A DNA stretch of 64,000 nucleotides from Candidatus Omnitrophota bacterium (GCA_030695725.1 JAUYPN010000014.1:2084-66083), one strand, 5' to 3'; counted from the stretch's first letter, positions 43,924-53,164 are shown. Notes: a model not told the origin generated them from the sequence alone. Made by a program: numbers and translations.

Positions 43924-44048
43924 CAGAAGCACTACATCGTCATTGCGAGCCCGAACGAAGTGAGGGCGAAGCAATCTCGCTTTTTGAGATTGCTTCGTCG
44001 CCCAATGTAAAATTTACAGGCTCCTCGCAATGACGGCATGTGCTTCTC
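43924..44048. repeat. Complete nested palindromic family C element
   Basis: AGAAGCAC...GTGCTTCT outer arms, GTCATTGCGAG...CTCGCAATGAC middle arms and GAAGCAATCTC gcttttt GAGATTGCTTC core. Confidence 0.85.
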
Positions 44049-44082
44049 ATAGGTGATTTGGCAATAAGATTTATTATTGTGC

Positions 44083-44111
44083 TTGACAAATGATACCAAT
44101 ATGGTATCATT
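44083..44111 (+). promoter_or_regulatory. Promoter TTGACA-16-TATCAT overlapped by a perfect 10-bp inverted repeat (candidate Rrf2 operator)
   Basis: TTGACA at 44083-44088 and TATCAT at 44105-44110. AATGATACCA ata TGGTATCATT spans 44089-44111. Confidence 0.6.
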
Positions 44112-44126
44112 ACGTACGAGGTCAAG

Positions 44127-44531
44127 ATGAAGCTCATATCAAGAAATACGGATTACGCGATACGCGCATTGTGCTACATGGCGGCGCGGGAAAAAGATAC
44201 CTTATCTGTTACTGAGTTAGTGGAAGCGTTGCGGATACCGAGACCGTTTTTAAGAAAGATATTGCAGGCGCTTAATAAGAAGGGCATTCTAAAGTCACGC
44301 AAAGGTATGGATGGCGGTTTCAGTTTAGCGCGTAAAAGCGATAAAATTTATCTGGTAGATCTGATAGAGGCGTTCCAGGGGCCGCTTAAACTGAACGAAT
44401 GTTTATTTAAGAAAAAAGTTTGTCCTGATAGGAATAGTTGCTGGCTTAAGAGTAAGATAGATTCGATAGAAAGGTATGTTGTGTCCGAGCTTAAACCGGT
44501 CAGTATCAAAACCATATTGAAAGGGAGCTAA
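44127..44531 (+). CDS. Rrf2 family transcriptional regulator (IscR/NsrR-like, Cys-containing)
   Basis: MKLISRNTDYAIRALCYMA...LRKILQALNKKGILKSRKGMDGGFSLAR, plus C-terminal cysteines CLFKKKVCPDRNSC. Confidence 0.85.
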   Translation: MKLISRNTDYAIRALCYMAAREKDTLSVTELVEALRIPRPFLRKILQALNKKGILKSRKGMDGGFSLARKSDKIYLVDLIEAFQGPLKLNECLFKKKVCPDRNSCWLKSKIDSIERYVVSELKPVSIKTILKGS

Positions 44532-44535
44532 AGAG

Positions 44536-45375
44536 ATGGCAAAAAGAAAGATAATAAAGATCGTAGAAGACAAGTGTAATGGCTGCGGCCAATGTATCCC
44601 GAATTGCCCGGAAGGCGCGCTGCAGATAATAGACGGCAAGGCCCGGCTTATAAGCGATCTATTCTGTGATGGCCTGGGCGCATGTATCGGCCACTGTCCT
44701 CAGGGAGCCATCATTATAGAGGAAAGGGAAGCCGAAAAGTACGATGAGAAGAAGGTCATGGATAATATAATTAAACAGGGAAAGAATACGATCGTCGCTC
44801 ATTTAAAGCATTTGAAAGAGCACAACGAGTTTGGATATCTCAAAGAGGCAATGGACTATCTTGTAACCAAAGGTATAAAGGTAAGGCCCGGCGACCTGAT
44901 GGACACGCCATGCGCGGGTTCGGGCGGATGCCCAGGATCAAGGGTTGTGGATTCCCGTAAGAAAGAAACAGCGAAATTGGATGCGTCGCCGCTGGATTAC
45001 AAGGGCACGCCCAGACTTGATACATGGCCGGTACAGTTAAAGTTAGTGCCGGCGTTCGCTCCGTTCCTGAACGGCGCGGATATACTGATAGCGGCGGACT
45101 GTGTGCCGTTCGCTTACGCTGACTTTCATGAAGACCTGTTAAAAGGCAAGGTATTGTTGGTAGGATGTCCTAAACTGGATGATGTTGCCTATTATAAGGA
45201 GAAGATATCTCAGATATTGGCGAATAATGATATCAAATCCATAACATACGCGCACATGGAAGTGCCTTGCTGTTTCGGGCTCATAGGCGTTATACAAGGC
45301 GCGATAACGGATTCTGGTAAAGATGTCCCATTCCATGATGTCATGATAAGTATCAAAGGAGAAAGATTAAAATGA
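44536..45375 (+). CDS. 4Fe-4S dicluster protein with a C-terminal Cys-rich domain of unknown function
   Basis: CNGCGQCIPNCP and CDGLGACIGHCP ferredoxin motifs. The C-terminal part carries AADCVPFAY, VGCPKLDD and MEVPCC. Confidence 0.75.
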   Translation: MAKRKIIKIVEDKCNGCGQCIPNCPEGALQIIDGKARLISDLFCDGLGACIGHCPQGAIIIEEREAEKYDEKKVMDNIIKQGKNTIVAHLKHLKEHNEFGYLKEAMDYLVTKGIKVRPGDLMDTPCAGSGGCPGSRVVDSRKKETAKLDASPLDYKGTPRLDTWPVQLKLVPAFAPFLNGADILIAADCVPFAYADFHEDLLKGKVLLVGCPKLDDVAYYKEKISQILANNDIKSITYAHMEVPCCFGLIGVIQGAITDSGKDVPFHDVMISIKGERLK

Positions 45376-45620
45376 TTATTCAATGTCCGGGGTCAGGCAG
45401 GTTTAAGCAGCCTTATCCGGAAGCGATAAAATGCAGCGCATGCGGCCAGGAGGCTGAGATATGGAGCGATGAGATCAAGACCGCCTGCTTTAGCTGCGGA
45501 GCCATTATTTCAAAAAATATAGAGCAGGGCTGTTTTATGTGGTGTAAATATGCCAAGGAATGCATTGGCAGGGATGTATATAGTAAGTATGCAGGCGATA
45601 AAAAAGAAAGGGAGGGGTAA
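45372..45620 (+). CDS. Small Cys-rich (zinc-ribbon-like) protein
   Basis: CPGSG...CSACG...CFSCG...CFMWC...C. ATGA overlap with the upstream gene. Confidence 0.55.
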   Translation: MIIQCPGSGRFKQPYPEAIKCSACGQEAEIWSDEIKTACFSCGAIISKNIEQGCFMWCKYAKECIGRDVYSKYAGDKKEREG

Positions 45621-45621
45621 G

Positions 45622-46908
45622 ATGTTTTGCAATCAGTGTGAACAGGCGGCAAGAGGCACAGGGTGCGAGAAGTTGGGCGTATGCGGTAAAGATGAGGACA
45701 TACAAAGCCTTCAGGACACGCTTTTGTACGGCCTGAAAGGAATAGCAGCTTACGCGTATCACGCGCGGGAGCTAGGCGCTCGCAGCGAAGAGGTGGATGC
45801 TTTCATGCATGAAGCGCTATTTAAGACATTGACTAACGTCAGCTTTGATTTGAAACAGCATCTGGCTTATGTGTTGAAATGCGGCGAGATGAACTTAAAG
45901 ATCATGGAACTTCTGGACCAGGCGCATACCGACAGATTCGGGAATCCCACGCCGACGGAAGTTGATACCGGGACGAGGGCCGGCCCCGGCATAGTTGTAA
46001 CCGGCCATGATCTCCTTACTCTTTATGAACTTCTGGAACAGGCTGAAGGGACAGGTATAAATATATATACCCACGGCGAGATGCTTCCGGCACACGGATA
46101 TCCGGAGCTGCGCAAGTTTAAACACCTCGCGGGTAATTATGGAGGGGCATGGCAGGAACAAAGAAAAGAGTTTCAGGCTTTCTCGGGTCCTATACTCGTG
46201 ACGACAAACTGCGTTATGATACCTCAGTCTAACACGTATCTGGAACGTTTGTATACATGTGACATTGCGGGCGTTTCCGGAGCTGCGCACATAGAGAATC
46301 ATGATTTTTCCGCGATCATAGAACAAGCTAAGAAACTGCCTCCTTTGCCGGAAGCGCCGGGGAAGAAGATAATGACGGGCTTTCACCATACCGCTATATT
46401 GGGGCTGGCTGATAAGATAGTGGGCCTCGTGAAGTCTGGCAAGATAAAGAGGTTTTTCCTGATCGGCGGATGCGACGGAGCGAAGCCCGGCAGAAATTAT
46501 TATACGGAGTTTGCCGAAAGAGTTCCAATGGACTGTATCATACTGACGGTAGCCTGCGGTAAATACCGTTTCAATAAATTAGACTTCGGAAATATAGAAG
46601 GCGTGCCGAGGCTATTGGATCTGGGACAGTGCAATAACGCTTACTCAGGGATCCAGGTCGCGCTTGCCCTGGCCAAAGCCTTTAACTGTGGGGTTAACGA
46701 GCTGCCTCTATTTTTCGTATTATCCTGGTATGAGCAGAAAGCAGTAGCTATCCTTTTAACTCTATTACATCTTGGCATAAAAGGGATAAGACTAGGGCCA
46801 ACTATGCCGGCATTTATCACGCCTAATGTATTTAAAGTGCTTAAAGAAGCGTACGATCTAAAACCGATAACGACTCCCGAGGCCGATTTAAAAGAGATGT
46901 TGAAATAA
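45622..46908 (+). CDS. hcp: Hybrid cluster protein (hydroxylamine reductase), short class
   Basis: MFCNQCEQAARGTGCEKLGVCGK is the N-terminal Cys motif. GGCDG and LGQCNNAY follow. GGAGGGG RBS precedes ATG 45622. Confidence 0.9.
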   Translation: MFCNQCEQAARGTGCEKLGVCGKDEDIQSLQDTLLYGLKGIAAYAYHARELGARSEEVDAFMHEALFKTLTNVSFDLKQHLAYVLKCGEMNLKIMELLDQAHTDRFGNPTPTEVDTGTRAGPGIVVTGHDLLTLYELLEQAEGTGINIYTHGEMLPAHGYPELRKFKHLAGNYGGAWQEQRKEFQAFSGPILVTTNCVMIPQSNTYLERLYTCDIAGVSGAAHIENHDFSAIIEQAKKLPPLPEAPGKKIMTGFHHTAILGLADKIVGLVKSGKIKRFFLIGGCDGAKPGRNYYTEFAERVPMDCIILTVACGKYRFNKLDFGNIEGVPRLLDLGQCNNAYSGIQVALALAKAFNCGVNELPLFFVLSWYEQKAVAILLTLLHLGIKGIRLGPTMPAFITPNVFKVLKEAYDLKPITTPEADLKEMLK

Positions 46909-46948
46909 CGTCTAACTATGGTATTATGTGTTAAACAAGGAGGACGCA

Positions 46949-47170
46949 ATGAAAGAAAAAGTAGAAGCCGCGCTAAAGAAGATACGCCCTATGCTTCAGG
47001 CCGATGGAGGCGATATAGAGCTTGTGGATGTCTCTAAGGATGGCGTTGTGAAGGTAAAGTTGACAGGCGCCTGCGGATGCTGCCCTATGAGCCAGATGAC
47101 GCTGAAGAATGCCGTGGAGCAGAAACTGAAGAAGGAAGTTCCGGGGATAAAAACGGTCATCGCTGCGTAA
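46949..47170 (+). CDS. NifU C-terminal-domain (Nfu-like) Fe-S scaffold protein
   Basis: IRPMLQADGGDIELVDV...VKLTGACGCCPMSQMTLK. AAGGAGG RBS. Confidence 0.85.
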   Translation: MKEKVEAALKKIRPMLQADGGDIELVDVSKDGVVKVKLTGACGCCPMSQMTLKNAVEQKLKKEVPGIKTVIAA

Positions 47171-47188
47171 AAAAGTTAAGGAGGTGAA

Positions 47189-47347
47189 ATGAATAAATAT
47201 AAGTGCTCAATATGCGGTTATATTTATGATCCGGCTTTGGGCGATCCCGATAGAGGCGTTAAGCCCGGGACAGCATTTGAAGCCTTACCGAATGATTGGG
47301 TCTGCCCCGAATGCGGCGCCCCAAAAAGCGAATTTGAAAAGATATAA
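47189..47347 (+). CDS. Rubredoxin (52 aa, absent from the supplied ORF track)
   Basis: My translation is [52 protein letters not shown], with CxxCG...CPxCG. AAGGAGG lies 7 nt upstream. Confidence 0.9.
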   Translation: MNKYKCSICGYIYDPALGDPDRGVKPGTAFEALPNDWVCPECGAPKSEFEKI

Positions 47348-47370
47348 TTAAAACCAAAAGGAGCGCGCGG

Positions 47371-47556
47371 ATGAAGGCGATAGTTGATGCTGATACATGT
47401 ATAGGTTGTGGTTTGTGCGAAAGTACATGTCCTGAAGTTTTTAAAATGGAAGGTGACAAGGCTGTAGTAATAGGTTCCGTAGTGCCCAAAGACGCTGAAG
47501 AGACCTGCAAAAAGGCCGCGGAAGACTGCCCGGTTACCGCTATAACGATTAAGTAA
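47371..47556 (+). CDS. Small [4Fe-4S] ferredoxin
   Basis: DADTCIGCGLCESTCPEVF...EDCPVTAI. Confidence 0.85.
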   Translation: MKAIVDADTCIGCGLCESTCPEVFKMEGDKAVVIGSVVPKDAEETCKKAAEDCPVTAITIK

Positions 47557-47586
47557 GAACTTATCTTACAGATAGGGGTAGTGCGG

Positions 47587-49257
47587 ATGGAAAATTTGTC
47601 CATTCTCATAGGTGGGAGAGCCGGTTTTGGTATAGACAAATCCGGCTCTATCATCTCATATATGATCAACCGCCTCGGTTATCGTACTTATGTGTACAGG
47701 GACTACCCTTCCATCATCAGGGGCGGGCACACATTTTCTGTAATACGCTCATCCGAAAAAAAGATCTTAGCCCACCGGGAAGCCGTAGATTATCTTCTTG
47801 CGTTAAATCAGGACACGATAACTCTCCATAAGAATAAGCTCAAAGATAGCTCGATAATAGTTTACGATGCCGATACCGTGAAGTGCGATGGCGTGTGTCC
47901 TGTGAAAAACTCTCTCGGCATTCCCGTCGGAAAGATATTGAAAGAGGAGCAGGCCCCTGAAATAATGCGTAATACGTGCATCATAGGGGGTTTTTCAAAG
48001 ACAATAGGGATCGGATGGGATGTGGTTGAGGCGGTATTGAGAAAAGAGATCTCTAAAGACATAGAGATTAATCTGAAAGTGGCGCGGCGCGGTTACGACG
48101 AAGCAAAGCAGGTAGTTGCGACAAAATCATTAAATAGAGAGCCTTTGCCTTTACTGACAGGGAATGAGGCCATAAGCCTTGGTTTGATAAGGGGAGGGCT
48201 AAAGACATATATATCATATCCGATGACGCCGACTTCACCGATCCTGCATTTTCTTGCCGCAGCGGCTGATGAGTTTTCATTAAAAGTAATACATCCGGAG
48301 AGTGAGATCGCAGTGATCTTGATGGCTCTCGGCTCTTCTTATTGCGGGGAACCGGTAGCTGTGGGGACGTCCGGAGGCGGATTCTGTCTTATGACAGAGG
48401 GCTTAAGTTTTTCCGGGATAGCGGAACTGCCGGTAGTTATCGTCTTGGGGCAAAGGCCGGGCCCCAGCACGGGGCTTCCTACCTATTCATCGCAGACTGA
48501 GCTGCATTTCGCATTGAGCGCCGGCCAGGGTGAGTTCACGCGTTTTGTTGTCGCTCCTGGGGATACCGAAGAGGCTTATTTCTGGTCGGGCGTAAGCTTA
48601 GGCCTCTCAAAAATGTTCCAGATACCTTCTATAGTGCTCGTAGACAAAACTTTATGCGAAGGCACTTATAACTTCGATCTCGATTCTGTCACAAAACTTA
48701 AAGAATATACTTATCCTGTATGGGACAGGAAGGCTCCGTATAAAAGATATGCTTTTACCGAATCCGGCGTATCGCCGTTAGCTTTCGCTCAGGATAAAGA
48801 TGCGGTAATAAAAATTAATAGTTATGAGCATGACGAATATGGCTTAACCACAGAGGATCCTCTGATAACGGTCAAGATGAATGACAAGCGTTTAGCTAAG
48901 AGGCGGTCCCTGATAAAAGAACTGGAAGGATACGAGGCCGTCAAAACTTATGGCGCCAAAGATTCTTCAACTGTCCTGTTGTGCTGGGGTTCGAATAAAG
49001 GCGTCTGTAAAGAAGTGGCTGAAGACTTGAATATAAAGGCCGTGCAGCCCGTAGTTCTATCGCCTTTTCCCGCAGATGGGCTAAAAGACGCTTTAAAGGA
49101 CGCTAAAAAAATAATATCAGTAGAAAATAATGCTACCGGACAATTGAGATCACTTATAACAGGCTTCGGCATCAATGTGAACGATGAGATCTTAAAATAT
49201 GACGGCAGGCCGTTCTCCGTAGATGAATTAGAAGAAAAAGTGAAAAGTAAATTATGA
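47587..49257 (+). CDS. korA: 2-oxoacid:ferredoxin oxidoreductase, fused gamma-alpha subunit
   Basis: N-terminal gamma-like IGGRAGFGIDKSGSII...PSIIRGGH. Alpha-like LLTGNEAISLGLIRGGLKTYISYPMTPTSPILH. Confidence 0.8.
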   Translation: MENLSILIGGRAGFGIDKSGSIISYMINRLGYRTYVYRDYPSIIRGGHTFSVIRSSEKKILAHREAVDYLLALNQDTITLHKNKLKDSSIIVYDADTVKCDGVCPVKNSLGIPVGKILKEEQAPEIMRNTCIIGGFSKTIGIGWDVVEAVLRKEISKDIEINLKVARRGYDEAKQVVATKSLNREPLPLLTGNEAISLGLIRGGLKTYISYPMTPTSPILHFLAAAADEFSLKVIHPESEIAVILMALGSSYCGEPVAVGTSGGGFCLMTEGLSFSGIAELPVVIVLGQRPGPSTGLPTYSSQTELHFALSAGQGEFTRFVVAPGDTEEAYFWSGVSLGLSKMFQIPSIVLVDKTLCEGTYNFDLDSVTKLKEYTYPVWDRKAPYKRYAFTESGVSPLAFAQDKDAVIKINSYEHDEYGLTTEDPLITVKMNDKRLAKRRSLIKELEGYEAVKTYGAKDSSTVLLCWGSNKGVCKEVAEDLNIKAVQPVVLSPFPADGLKDALKDAKKIISVENNATGQLRSLITGFGINVNDEILKYDGRPFSVDELEEKVKSKL

Positions 49258-50156
49258 TAAATTTAAATACTACAGCGCAGAATACATGGTGCATAGGATG
49301 CGGTAACTTTTCTATCCTCGGCGCCATGAAGACCGTCCTGCAGTCATTGGTTGCGGAGGGATTGCCTCCGGAAAATGTGGTGATCGTCTCGGGTATAGGA
49401 TGCCACGCGAAGATAGTCGACTATATTAACGTCAATAGTTTCTATTCCCTACACGGCAGGGCCACGCCCGCCGCGGAGGGTATAAAGCTGTCCATGCCCG
49501 ATACAAAAGTGATATGTTTCTCAGGTGACGGCGACGCATACGGCGAAGGTATAGAACATCTGATATTCGCCGCCAAGAGAAATATCGATATAACGATGAT
49601 AATCCACAATAACCGTGTCTATGGCCTCACGACAGGTCAGTATACGCCGACCTCACCGCTGGGATTCAAAGGCAGGTCAACGCCTTTCGGTACGAAAGAA
49701 GCGCCTATAAATCCTCTGGATCTGATGCTCGCCGCCGGCGCCACATTTTTGGGACGCGGAACATCGCACGGGCTGGAATTATTGAAGAAGTTGTTCAGAG
49801 AAGCGATCCTGCATAAAGGTTTTTCACTTATCGATGTCCTGCAGGTCTGCGTAACGTATAACAATCTGTATGAATACTACGAGAAAAAAGTTTATGAATT
49901 AAAAGATCATGATCCCGCTGATCGCACCGCGGCATTGGCAAAGATAAGAGAGTGGAATTATAATAATGATAACAAGATATCTCTGGGCGTGTTATACAAG
50001 ATCGGGGCGCCCACATTTGATGAAAATTTCAAAATGGAGAATAAAACATTCGATCCTTCGACAAAAGCTCAGGATCGATCCCGAGCAAACGAAGTGCGTC
50101 GAGGGATCGACAGGGATTCGAAGATCCGTGAATATCTGCAAAGGAGCTGCTTATGA
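49254..50156 (+). CDS. korB: 2-oxoacid:ferredoxin oxidoreductase beta (TPP-binding) subunit with repeat-derived C-terminal tail
   Basis: WCIGCGNFSIL and GDGDAYGEGIEH. The last ~35 residues (FDPSTKAQDRSRANEVRRGIDRD...) are encoded by a family A repeat. Confidence 0.85.
   Translation: MINLNTTAQNTWCIGCGNFSILGAMKTVLQSLVAEGLPPENVVIVSGIGCHAKIVDYINVNSFYSLHGRATPAAEGIKLSMPDTKVICFSGDGDAYGEGIEHLIFAAKRNIDITMIIHNNRVYGLTTGQYTPTSPLGFKGRSTPFGTKEAPINPLDLMLAAGATFLGRGTSHGLELLKKLFREAILHKGFSLIDVLQVCVTYNNLYEYYEKKVYELKDHDPADRTAALAKIREWNYNNDNKISLGVLYKIGAPTFDENFKMENKTFDPSTKAQDRSRANEVRRGIDRDSKIREYLQRSCL
50055..50111. repeat. Family A repeat inside the 3' end of korB
   Basis: CCTTCGACAAAAGCTCAGG (exact reverse complement of the 19-mer at 38627 and 54834), atcgat, then CCCGAGCAAACGAAGTGCGTCGAGGG. 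Confidence 0.85.
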
Positions 50157-50764
50157 GCCCCAGGATAATGATCCTATATTACAGCATGTTCGGCAATAAC
50201 TACATTATGGCGAAAGCCGTATTCGAAGGAATAAAAGAAGCGGGTGGCCAGCCCATGTTGAGGACAGTGCCTGAACTTTTGCCTCAAGAGGCTATAGATA
50301 AGGACCCCAGGATAAAGAAAGCAAAAGATATGCAAAAGGGCGTCCAGATAGCAAAGGTGGAGGAACTCGAAAAGATCGACGGTATAATACTGGGTTCGCC
50401 GACGCGGTTCGGCAATATGTGCGCCCAGATGAGAAATTTTCTTGATCAGACGGGCGGTATTTGGGCCAAAGGTTCTCTCATTGATAAGCCGGCAGGGGTT
50501 TTCTGCTCTACGGCATCCCTGCACGGCGGACAGGAGACTACGCTTGTATCGATGATGTTCACGCTGCTTCATCATGGCGCTATAGTTATGGGAATACCTT
50601 ACAGCGTGCCGGAACTCGTTGCGACCACCAGAGGAGGTACTCCATACGGTCCGACTGCCGTTGTGGGGACTATGGGCGACGCGGCGCCGACCGAAACTGA
50701 CCTGAAGATAGCAAAAGAGCTTGGCAAAAGGATCTCCAGGATAGCGTCTAAAACAGGGGTATAG
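50153..50764 (+). CDS. wrbA: WrbA-type NAD(P)H:quinone oxidoreductase (flavodoxin-like)
   Basis: ILYYSMFGN, GSPTRFGNMCAQMRNFLDQTG, STASLHGGQETT. Confidence 0.85.
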   Translation: MSPRIMILYYSMFGNNYIMAKAVFEGIKEAGGQPMLRTVPELLPQEAIDKDPRIKKAKDMQKGVQIAKVEELEKIDGIILGSPTRFGNMCAQMRNFLDQTGGIWAKGSLIDKPAGVFCSTASLHGGQETTLVSMMFTLLHHGAIVMGIPYSVPELVATTRGGTPYGPTAVVGTMGDAAPTETDLKIAKELGKRISRIASKTGV

Positions 50765-50768
50765 CGTA

Positions 50769-51296
50769 ATGGATCCGAATGTACTTCATAATATAAGCTA
50801 CGGGATGTTCATAATCTCGTCGAGCAAAGGGAAAACCCTGAACGGCCAGATAGCGAACGCCGTCTTCCAGATAACGAGCGAACCCGTTACCATAGCTATC
50901 AGTATAAATAACAAGAATCTGACCAATGAATTTATAAAGACAAGCGGCATATTCGGCGTATCTATATTAAGCGAAGACGCGGCCCTTCCTTTTATAGGAA
51001 AGTTCGGTTTTAAGTCGGGCAGGACCGAAGATAAATTCAAGGACGTGAATTACAAAATTCTGCCTTCGGGGTGTCCCATAGTAACGGATTATTCTATAGC
51101 GTATATCGAAGCAAAGGTGATAAACTGTTTCGACTGTCTCACGCATACGTTATTTTTAGGCGAGATGACCGATTCAAGCCTTTTGAAAGATGGTAAGCCC
51201 ATGACATATGATTATTACCATCAGGTGAAGCGCGGGTTTACACCGTCGTCGGCGCCTACATTTATAAAGGGGGAAAAGAGGGGGATGCCTAAATGA
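50769..51296 (+). CDS. Flavin reductase-like FMN-binding protein
   Basis: YGMFIISS...NGQIANAVFQITSEPVTIAISINN...FGVSIL (flavin reductase domain). Confidence 0.75.
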   Translation: MDPNVLHNISYGMFIISSSKGKTLNGQIANAVFQITSEPVTIAISINNKNLTNEFIKTSGIFGVSILSEDAALPFIGKFGFKSGRTEDKFKDVNYKILPSGCPIVTDYSIAYIEAKVINCFDCLTHTLFLGEMTDSSLLKDGKPMTYDYYHQVKRGFTPSSAPTFIKGEKRGMPK

Positions 51297-52477
51297 AACC
51301 GATCGAGATCAAAAATGGGATTTACTGGGTCGGCGCGGTCGACTGGAGCGTGAAGTCATTCCATGGCCACACCTATACTACGCAAAGAGGAACTACATAT
51401 AATTCTTATCTCATAGTGGATGAGAAGATAGCGCTGATCGATACCGTATACAGCCCATTTACCGAAGAATTGATCGAAAAGATCCGCAGTATTGTACCTC
51501 CGGAAAAAATAGACTATGTGATAGCAAATCATGTTGAGAGAGACCACTCAGGCGCCATGCCCGCCCTGATGAAGCTGTGCCCGAAGGCCAAAGTGTACGG
51601 CACCGCCAAATGCAAGGAGGGCCTGTACAGGAATTATTATGAGAATTGGGATTTCCAGATCGTCAAGACGGGCGATTCGCTGAAGCTCGGCAAAAAGACG
51701 CTCACATTTTTGGAAGCGCCCATGATACATTGGCCCGACAGCATGTTCACGTATTGCCCGGAAGAGAAGCTCCTGATGCCGAATGACGCTTTTGGCCAGC
51801 ACTACGCAACGAGCGAGCGCTACGATGATGAGGTGGATCAGGCCGAGCTCATGGACGAGGCGGCGAAGTATTACGGGAATATATTATGGCCGTTAAGTTC
51901 CCTGATACTCAGGAAGATCGAAGAAGTCGTGAATATGAAGATACCTATAGATATGATAGCTCCCAGCCACGGAATAATATGGCGTAAGGACCCTGCTAAG
52001 ATAATCAATGCGTATGTTTCTTGGGCCAAGAACGAGACAAAGAAGAAGGTTGTGGTCATTTATGAGACGATGTGGGGATCTACCGAGAAGATGGCTCGCA
52101 AAATGGTCGAGGGTATAACGTCTGCCGGGGTAGATGTAAAGCTTGTAGATATGAATCAGTCGGACAGGACCGAGGTTATAAAAGAGATGCTTACCGCAAA
52201 GGGCTATCTCATCGGCTCATCTACGCACGATAACGATATGCTGCCCTCACTGGCAGGTTTCCTGGAGTTTCTGAATGGACTGAAGCCGAAGTCCAGGATC
52301 GCCGCGGCGTTCGGTTCTTATGGTTGGGCAGGAGGCGCGGTCGCCAATATCGAAGAGATGATCAAAAAGGCGGGCATCGCGCTGGCGATGCCGTCCATTT
52401 CATTCAAGTATCTTCCTGATGGGGATGAGATGAAGAAATGTTATGAGTTCGGGAAGGAATTCTCCGCAAAATTATAA
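51293..52477 (+). CDS. Flavodiiron protein (FprA / rubredoxin:oxygen or NO reductase)
   Basis: Metallo-beta-lactamase-like NHVERDHSGA (HxExDH) and a C-terminal flavodoxin domain (VVIYETMWGSTEKMA). Confidence 0.9.
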   Translation: MKPIEIKNGIYWVGAVDWSVKSFHGHTYTTQRGTTYNSYLIVDEKIALIDTVYSPFTEELIEKIRSIVPPEKIDYVIANHVERDHSGAMPALMKLCPKAKVYGTAKCKEGLYRNYYENWDFQIVKTGDSLKLGKKTLTFLEAPMIHWPDSMFTYCPEEKLLMPNDAFGQHYATSERYDDEVDQAELMDEAAKYYGNILWPLSSLILRKIEEVVNMKIPIDMIAPSHGIIWRKDPAKIINAYVSWAKNETKKKVVVIYETMWGSTEKMARKMVEGITSAGVDVKLVDMNQSDRTEVIKEMLTAKGYLIGSSTHDNDMLPSLAGFLEFLNGLKPKSRIAAAFGSYGWAGGAVANIEEMIKKAGIALAMPSISFKYLPDGDEMKKCYEFGKEFSAKL

Positions 52478-52491
52478 ACAAGGAGGGTTGT

Positions 52492-52887
52492 ATGGCAGAG
52501 CTGAAGGACCTGATCCAGTCCGCCGACTGGAAAAAAGAAAAGCATGTACCCGTGATCGATTTTCCCGATAAAGGCAAGAAGGGCGAATTGATAAAGGCGA
52601 TATTCACGGTAGGCAAAGAGATAGCGCATCCCAATACAACGGAGCATCATATCAGATGGATATCCGTATTCTTTTTGCCGGATGGGGAAAAGTTCCCTCT
52701 CCAGATAGCGAGGTTTGAATTCGACGCCCACGGCGAGTCGGCCGGCGGACCGAATATGAGCACCGTCTACGCTTATCCGGAGGCGTCGGCAAATTTTAAG
52801 ACCGATAAATCGGGCACGATCCTCGCGTCCAGTTACTGCAATATACACGGGTTATGGCAGAGCTCAAAAAGACTGGAGATAGCATGA
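52492..52887 (+). CDS. Superoxide reductase (1Fe-SOR / neelaredoxin type)
   Basis: EKHVPVI, HPNTTEHHIRWI, YCNIHGLW (His and Cys iron ligands). Confidence 0.85.
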   Translation: MAELKDLIQSADWKKEKHVPVIDFPDKGKKGELIKAIFTVGKEIAHPNTTEHHIRWISVFFLPDGEKFPLQIARFEFDAHGESAGGPNMSTVYAYPEASANFKTDKSGTILASSYCNIHGLWQSSKRLEIA

Positions 52888-53120
52888 GCAAAAAAGTGAA
52901 AGTTTATTCCACGCCCGCGTGCCCTTTCTGCGTCAGGGCGAAGCAGTTCTTAAAAGAGAGCGCCGTGGTCTTTGAAGATATCGATGTCTCTATTAACCAT
53001 GAGGCCGCGCAGGATATGATAAAGAGATCCGGGCAGATGGGCGTGCCGGTGATCGATATCGATGGCGAGTTAATCGTAGGATTTGATAAGGAAAAGATCA
53101 AAAAGTCGTTAGGACTGTAA
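52884..53120 (+). CDS. Glutaredoxin-like protein
   Basis: VKVYSTPACPFCVRAKQFL...GVPVIDIDGELIVGFD. ATGA overlap with the SOR stop. Confidence 0.85.
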   Translation: MSKKVKVYSTPACPFCVRAKQFLKESAVVFEDIDVSINHEAAQDMIKRSGQMGVPVIDIDGELIVGFDKEKIKKSLGL

Positions 53121-53164
53121 AATAATCGAAATTCAAATTATTTGTTGCCAAAATCAGTCTTACT

